Below are positions 59,374-64,000 of a stretch of 64,000 nt of DNA, in pieces. Source of the DNA: Planctomycetota bacterium (lineage in GTDB: Bacteria; Planctomycetota; UBA1135; UBA2386); the NCBI GenBank assembly GCA_046290465.1, contig JBKAGP010000001.1, positions 1,344,001 through 1,408,000 on the forward strand, given 5' to 3'. Below the pieces are notes generated by a model that searched no databases, had not been told where the DNA came from, and saw only the letters and a list, made by a program, of their open reading frames with translations. The translations under genes and the position numbers were made by a program. The first letter of the stretch is position 1; each line of letters opens with the position of its first letter.

Positions 59374-59444
59374 GAACACCGCATACCGAACCGGGTTCAT
59401 CGGCATGCGGCGCAGGCTGCAGCCCGGTTCGGTATGCGGTGTTC
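59374..59444. repeat. Perfect 22-bp inverted repeat with 27-nt spacer between thiS and thiG
   Basis: GAACACCGCATACCGAACCGGG (59374-59395) / CCCGGTTCGGTATGCGGTGTTC (59423-59444). Confidence 0.92.
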
Positions 59445-59472
59445 TGCTTGCGGGCACCTCCGGCGCCGTCGC

Positions 59473-59688
59473 CTAGCCGCCGCCGAAGAACGTCACGATC
59501 TCGAGCTGGTCGCCGGCCGCGAGCCGGGTGTCGGCGTGGTCGGCGCGGCGCACGATCTGCTTGTTGCGTTCGACCGCGACCTGCGTCGGCTGGAAGCCGA
59601 GCGCCGCGACCAGGTCGGCGACCGAACTGTGCTGCGGCACCGCGCGCGGTTCGCCGTTCACCGAGATGTCGATCGTCGCCTCGCTCAT
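59473..59688 (-). CDS. thiS: Sulfur carrier protein ThiS
   Basis: VNGE, VAVERN, C-terminal EIVTFFGGG; ATGA-coupled start. Confidence 0.95.
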   Translation of the reverse strand: MSEATIDISVNGEPRAVPQHSSVADLVAALGFQPTQVAVERNKQIVRRADHADTRLAAGDQLEIVTFFGGG

Positions 59689-60887
59689 GCGCCCTCCATC
59701 CGCTGCAGCCGCAGCACCTTCAGGTACTCGCTCTCCGGATGCGTGACCAGCGCCGGATGATCGTCGCCGGCCTGCAGCCGCTGCCGCAACGCCACGCGGA
59801 ACGGCAGCCCGGCCGCCGCCTGTCGCACCAGCTCCTCGAAGCGCGGCAGCTGCACGTGGTGGCTGCACGTGCACGTCACCAGCTGGCCGTGCGGCGCCAG
59901 CAGCCGCATCGCCTGCCGGTTGAGGTCGCGGTAGCCGCGTTCGGCCCCGGGCAGCTCGCGCTTCGACTTGGCGAACGCCGGCGGGTCGAGCACGATCAGG
60001 TCGAAGGTCTTGTTGCGCTCGCGCAGTTCGCGCAGCACGTCGAACGCGTTGCCACAACGCGTCTCGAGGCCGTCCAGCTGGTTGCGTTCGGCGTCGTGCC
60101 GCGCCTGCTGCAGCGCCTCCTCGGACTGGTCGACGGCCAGCGCCGAGACCGCGCCGCCACGCAGCGCGTGCATCGAGAAGCCCCCCTGGTAGCAGAACAG
60201 GTCGAGCACCCGCCGGCCCTTGGCCAGCGTCCGGACCAGCGCGCGCGCCGGCCGCTGGTCGAGATAGAAGCCGGTCTTGTGGCCCGCCAGCGGCCGCACC
60301 GTGTGGCGCACGTCGCCCTCGACGATCTCGACCTCCGCCTTGCGCCCGCCGTGCAGCAGCTCGACGTGCTCGTCGAGCCCCTCACGCTTGCGCGTCGGCA
60401 CGTCGTTGCGCGCGACCACCGAGGTCGCGTTCAGCTTGTCGGCCAGCCACGGCACGATCGCGTCGAGCGAGCGTTCGACGAACGCGCTGGTCACCTGCAG
60501 CACCAGCACGTCCGCATAGCGATCGACGACCAGACCCGGCAGCCAGTCGGCCTCGCCGTGCACCAGCCGGGCGCCGTGTTCGGGTCCGAGCAGGCCGGCG
60601 CGCGCGTCGATCGCGGCGTCGAGCCGCGCCGAGAAGAACGCCTCGCGCCCCGGCACGTCGTCACCCGGCCACGGACCGCACAGCCGCAGCGCCAGCTTGC
60701 TGTCGGCGGTGACGCCGAGGCCGAGATCGCGGCCGTCCTCGTCGCGCACGCGCACCAGCCGCGCCGGGCCGGGCGAGCCCTGCAGCAGGTCGTCGCGGAA
60801 GAACCACGGCCGGCCGCGCCGCGCGAAGCCACTGGCCCGCGCGTTCAGCTGCACGACCGCCGTCGTCTCGTCGGAGGCGGCGCTCAC
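59685..60887 (-). CDS. rlmI: RlmI-like class I SAM-dependent rRNA methyltransferase
   Basis: GEADWLPGLVVDRY, GHKTGFYLDQR, LDLFCYQGGF, LDPPAFAK, EYLK. Confidence 0.88.
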   Translation of the reverse strand: MSAASDETTAVVQLNARASGFARRGRPWFFRDDLLQGSPGPARLVRVRDEDGRDLGLGVTADSKLALRLCGPWPGDDVPGREAFFSARLDAAIDARAGLLGPEHGARLVHGEADWLPGLVVDRYADVLVLQVTSAFVERSLDAIVPWLADKLNATSVVARNDVPTRKREGLDEHVELLHGGRKAEVEIVEGDVRHTVRPLAGHKTGFYLDQRPARALVRTLAKGRRVLDLFCYQGGFSMHALRGGAVSALAVDQSEEALQQARHDAERNQLDGLETRCGNAFDVLRELRERNKTFDLIVLDPPAFAKSKRELPGAERGYRDLNRQAMRLLAPHGQLVTCTCSHHVQLPRFEELVRQAAAGLPFRVALRQRLQAGDDHPALVTHPESEYLKVLRLQRMEGA

Positions 60888-61441
60888 TTGGCCGGCAGCT
60901 CGATCAGGCAGCGCGCGAGCATCGTGTCGAAGCGAACGTCCAGGAACAGCTGGGTGCTCTTCTTGTCGCCGCCCGGCTGGATGTCGCAGCTGAGGTGCTC
61001 GAACTCGGCGCTGTCCGCGACGAACTCGGTCTTCAGGTCCATCAGGCCTTCGACCAGCGTGCCGTCCTTCTTCTTGAAGCGGCTGAAGCCGACACCCTTG
61101 TGCAGCGTCAGCGCCCAACCCTTGGCGGTCTTGCGCGCGCTGAGCGCGTACTTGCCCGGCGCCACGTCGTGGCCGCCGATCTTGAGCGCGAGGTCGGTCT
61201 CGAGCTCGGCACCGCCGAGGTGCCAACCGTCGCCGACCGCCATCTTCTTGGCGCCCGCCTTGTCGAGCGTGACGGTGATGTGGCTGACCTTGAGGTGCTC
61301 GTTGCGCTTCAGCTCACAGTCGATCACCTTGCGGAAGTGCGGGTGCGGCAGCGGCTGCTCGGGCGAGCCGACGAACGCGAGCGACAGCGGGATCAGGCAG
61401 AGCGCGGCGGCGGCCGTGGCGCAGGTTCGGAACGGGATCAT
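60884..61441 (-). CDS. Secreted protein, DUF2911-like
   Basis: Signal peptide; WHLG...LKIGGHDVAPGKYAL...W pattern. Confidence 0.65.
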   Translation of the reverse strand: MIPFRTCATAAAALCLIPLSLAFVGSPEQPLPHPHFRKVIDCELKRNEHLKVSHITVTLDKAGAKKMAVGDGWHLGGAELETDLALKIGGHDVAPGKYALSARKTAKGWALTLHKGVGFSRFKKKDGTLVEGLMDLKTEFVADSAEFEHLSCDIQPGGDKKSTQLFLDVRFDTMLARCLIELPAK

Positions 61442-61481
61442 CGGGGACTCCGGGTTGCTGGGGCTAGGCTTCGGTGCGCCG

Positions 61482-61841
61482 CTAGCGATCGACCGGCGCG
61501 CTCGCCCGGACGGCGAAGCCGCGGCGGTCGAGCAGGTCGCGCAGCGCGTCGACATTCTGCCGGTTCGGGTCGTGGCGGACGACGACCTTGCCGTTCTTCT
61601 GGTCGAGGACTTCGACCTCGGCGCCGTCGAGGCGGTCGATGCTCTCGGTCAACCGCACCGCGCACCACACCGGACAATCGAGCCCGTCGACCTCGAACGC
61701 GACGCGCGGCGCATCGGCGGCCGGCGTGCGCAGCGCCCTGTGCGCAACCCGCCAGCCATACAGCACGGCGACCGCCAGCAGCCCGACCAGCACGATCCGC
61801 GGCGCGACGGACCTCGATCGGCTGCGGGCAGGGGCGGGCAT
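61482..61841 (-). CDS. Membrane-anchored heavy-metal-associated (HMA) domain protein
   Basis: VDGLDCPVWC metal-binding loop after a TM helix. Confidence 0.8.
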   Translation of the reverse strand: MPAPARSRSRSVAPRIVLVGLLAVAVLYGWRVAHRALRTPAADAPRVAFEVDGLDCPVWCAVRLTESIDRLDGAEVEVLDQKNGKVVVRHDPNRQNVDALRDLLDRRGFAVRASAPVDR

Positions 61842-61923
61842 GCCGCGATCCTACGCGCGAACACCGACAGGTTCCGTCGAGTTCTGCAGCGGCATTGCGG
61901 CCGACGGCGGATACGTTCGGCGC

Positions 61924-62697
61924 ATGCCATCGCCGCCTCCGCAGCGCCGCTTCGCGGTTCTCATCGACGCCGACAACGTCTCCGCCAAGGCCCTCGAAGG
62001 CATCTTGGCCGAGGTCGCCAACTACGGCACCGCCATGGTCAAGCGCATCTACGGCGACTGGACCACCCCGTCGCTCAATTCGTGGAAGCCGATGCTGCTC
62101 GAACACGCGATCCAGCCGATCCAGCAGTTCCGCTACACGACGGGCAAGAACGCGACCGACAGCGCGCTGATCATCGACGCGATGGACCTGCTCTACGAGG
62201 GCAAGCTCGACGGCTTCTGCCTGGTCAGCAGCGACAGCGACTTCACCCGGCTGGCCTCGCGGATCCGCGAGGAGGGGCTGATGGTGATCGGCTTCGGCGA
62301 ACGCAAGACACCGCGCGCGTTCGTGACCGCGTGCGACCGCTTCGTGCACACCGACATCCTGCGCGGCGCACGGCGGCCCGACGAGGACGAGGAGGACGAC
62401 CCGCGCACCCGCGGCGAGACGCTGCCGATCGACGACAAGCTGGTCGAACTGCTGCGCTGGGCGGTCGGAGCCAGCGACGACGAGGAGGGCTGGGCCGACC
62501 TCGGCACGGTCGGCGCCAAGGTGATGGCGCAGCAGCCGGACTTCGACGCGCGCAGCTACGGCCACGGCAAGCTGTCGAGCCTGGTCGAGGCGACCGAGGC
62601 GTTCGAGATCGCGCGCGAGACCAGCAAGAACGGCCGCGTCGACGTGCTGATCAAGAGCAAGCCGAAGAAGAAGCGCCGCTCGCGCGCGCGCCGCTGA
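61924..62697 (+). CDS. NYN domain protein with OST-HTH/LOTUS domain
   Basis: LIDADN, GKNATD...IDAMDLL, VSSDSDF, PDFDARSYG..KLS.L. Confidence 0.93.
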   Translation: MPSPPPQRRFAVLIDADNVSAKALEGILAEVANYGTAMVKRIYGDWTTPSLNSWKPMLLEHAIQPIQQFRYTTGKNATDSALIIDAMDLLYEGKLDGFCLVSSDSDFTRLASRIREEGLMVIGFGERKTPRAFVTACDRFVHTDILRGARRPDEDEEDDPRTRGETLPIDDKLVELLRWAVGASDDEEGWADLGTVGAKVMAQQPDFDARSYGHGKLSSLVEATEAFEIARETSKNGRVDVLIKSKPKKKRRSRARR

Positions 62698-62715
62698 GCG
62701 GCGGCCGTCGCTTCA

Positions 62716-63099
62716 TCAGGGCTCGAACCGGATGACCGTGCCCTGCACGGTCCGGTCGACGTCGATGCCGCAGCCGTCGGGGCCGCCGGCGGAGACCAAA
62801 AGCCCACCGCCGGTCAGCACCAGCGCGTCGCCGCCGAACTGCCGCGCGCGTTCCTTCATGCGCTCGACGATCGCCGCGAAGCCGTGCAGGTCGCTGCCCT
62901 CGCCGACCACCTTGCCGACCTTGCGGTAGCCCGCGAGGCCGTCGAACGCGTCGTAGACGACGATCGGGTGGTCGGCTGCGCGCGGCTCGAAGGTGTCTCG
63001 TCCGAGACGCACTCCGGACGCCGAGACGCAGGAGAACAGGAACAACGCCAGGACCGCCAACGCGGCACTGGCGCGGCGACGCGACAGATGCATGGGCAT
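62716..63099 (-). CDS. Small lipoprotein, YbjQ-like pattern
   Basis: Lipobox LFSC; MKERARQFGGDALV. Confidence 0.7.
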   Translation of the reverse strand: MPMHLSRRRASAALAVLALFLFSCVSASGVRLGRDTFEPRAADHPIVVYDAFDGLAGYRKVGKVVGEGSDLHGFAAIVERMKERARQFGGDALVLTGGGLLVSAGGPDGCGIDVDRTVQGTVIRFEP

Positions 63100-63143
63100 G
63101 CCCTCGCCGTGGCAACCACCATGCCGGCCGGTAGCCTTCCCGC

Positions 63144-63869
63144 ATGAGCGAGCCCGACCAGATCCAGGCCGTTCGCGCGCTGTTCGCGCGCGAGACCGAC
63201 GGCGTCCTGTGCACCGCCCACGCGCGTTCGTCCGCCTGGCCCTACGGCTCGGTGGTGCCGTTCGCGCTGCTCGAACAGGGGGACGCGGTGATCTTCGTGT
63301 CCGACATCGCCGAGCACACCGCCAACCTGCGCGCCGACCCGCGCGCGACCCTGCTGGTGCGCGACTCCGCCAGCGACGACGCGCAGGCCGATGCGCGGCA
63401 CGCGATGATGGTGCGCGCCCGCCGACCCGACGGCGACGAGCAAGACCAGCTCGAACGCGTCTACTTCGCGCGGTTCCCCGGCGCCGCGCGCATGCGCGAG
63501 GCGCACGGCTTCTCGGCGTGGCGGCTCGAGTGCGAGCGCATCCGCTGGATCGCCGGGTTCGGCTCGATGGGTTGGATCGACCGGCCGACCTGGACCGGCG
63601 AACCCGACCCGATCGCGCCGCACGCCGACCGCATCGTCGCGCACCTCGACGACGACCACGCCGACGCGATGCGCGAACTCGCGGTCGCGTTCGGCGTGCC
63701 CGACGCCACCGCCGCGCGCGCCGTGGCCGTCGATCGCGGCGGCCTCGACCTGGTGGCCGAAGTCGCCGGCGGCGGCGACCGGCCGGCGCGGGCCCCGTTC
63801 CGGTCGATCGCGACGACCGCCGACGAGGTGCGCCAACAGGTCATCGCTCTGCTGCGCGAGATCCGCTGA
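63144..63869 (+). CDS. HugZ-like pyridoxamine 5'-phosphate oxidase family protein with DUF2470-like domain
   Basis: PYGSVV, SDIAEHTANLRADPRATL, IAGFG, IVAHLDDDH, VDRGGLD. Confidence 0.88.
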   Translation: MSEPDQIQAVRALFARETDGVLCTAHARSSAWPYGSVVPFALLEQGDAVIFVSDIAEHTANLRADPRATLLVRDSASDDAQADARHAMMVRARRPDGDEQDQLERVYFARFPGAARMREAHGFSAWRLECERIRWIAGFGSMGWIDRPTWTGEPDPIAPHADRIVAHLDDDHADAMRELAVAFGVPDATAARAVAVDRGGLDLVAEVAGGGDRPARAPFRSIATTADEVRQQVIALLREIR

Positions 63870-64000
63870 GCCCCCAGGGTCCTGGCCCGGCGCCAGAACG
63901 CTTCGGCGGCGCCGCCCGGTCTGCTACGCTGCTCCCCCGAAATCCCCCTACCCGCCGCACGACGAAGCGAAGACGCCCGAGATGAACGCCTACGACAGCT

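Noticed and set aside
59322..59472. TPP riboswitch near thiS/thiG
   Set aside because: No CTGAGA or other TPP core motif found; only an inverted repeat
53894..62735. Very long + strand ORFs (1149 aa, 1221 aa) and similar Arg/Ala-rich ORFs throughout
   Set aside because: Antisense or off-frame shadows of well-supported genes; no motifs

Overview
High-GC bacterial chromosome segment, most consistent with an uncultured Planctomycetota lineage (inferred from gene style, not proven). Bases 1 to about 13304 are the right part of a lower-GC integrated element that looks like a phage satellite or integrative element. It carries a tyrosine integrase with a non-canonical active site, two AlpA/excisionase-like HTH genes and a 1091-aa Prim-Pol/PriCT/SF2-like helicase replicase, and ends at a tRNA-Ala-like 3' fragment (att). 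Its cargo includes an operon of three tandem paralogous beta-rich ~115-aa proteins, a Cys-rich tail-anchored protein and a partner ORF running off the window. From about 14.2 kb on, the sequence is host core genome: ABC substrate-binding protein, crcB, pcrA/uvrD, SSS transporter, SAM-I riboswitch-hom-metX-metB-lpxA, glnS, ssb, prmC, prfA, rpmE, maf, rpsP, ffh, larE, thiS/thiG, rlmI and several secreted proteins. The two most striking observations are (1) a secreted thioredoxin-like gene whose true start lies upstream of two consecutive in-frame UGA codons followed by a SECIS-like hairpin, a candidate Sec-Sec selenoprotein, and (2) the paralog-triplet plus Cys-rich cargo operon in the mobile element. 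A CTAG-bounded 83-bp dispersed repeat and stop-codon-anchored tandem repeats also recur. All calls come from manual reading of motifs; no searches were run.
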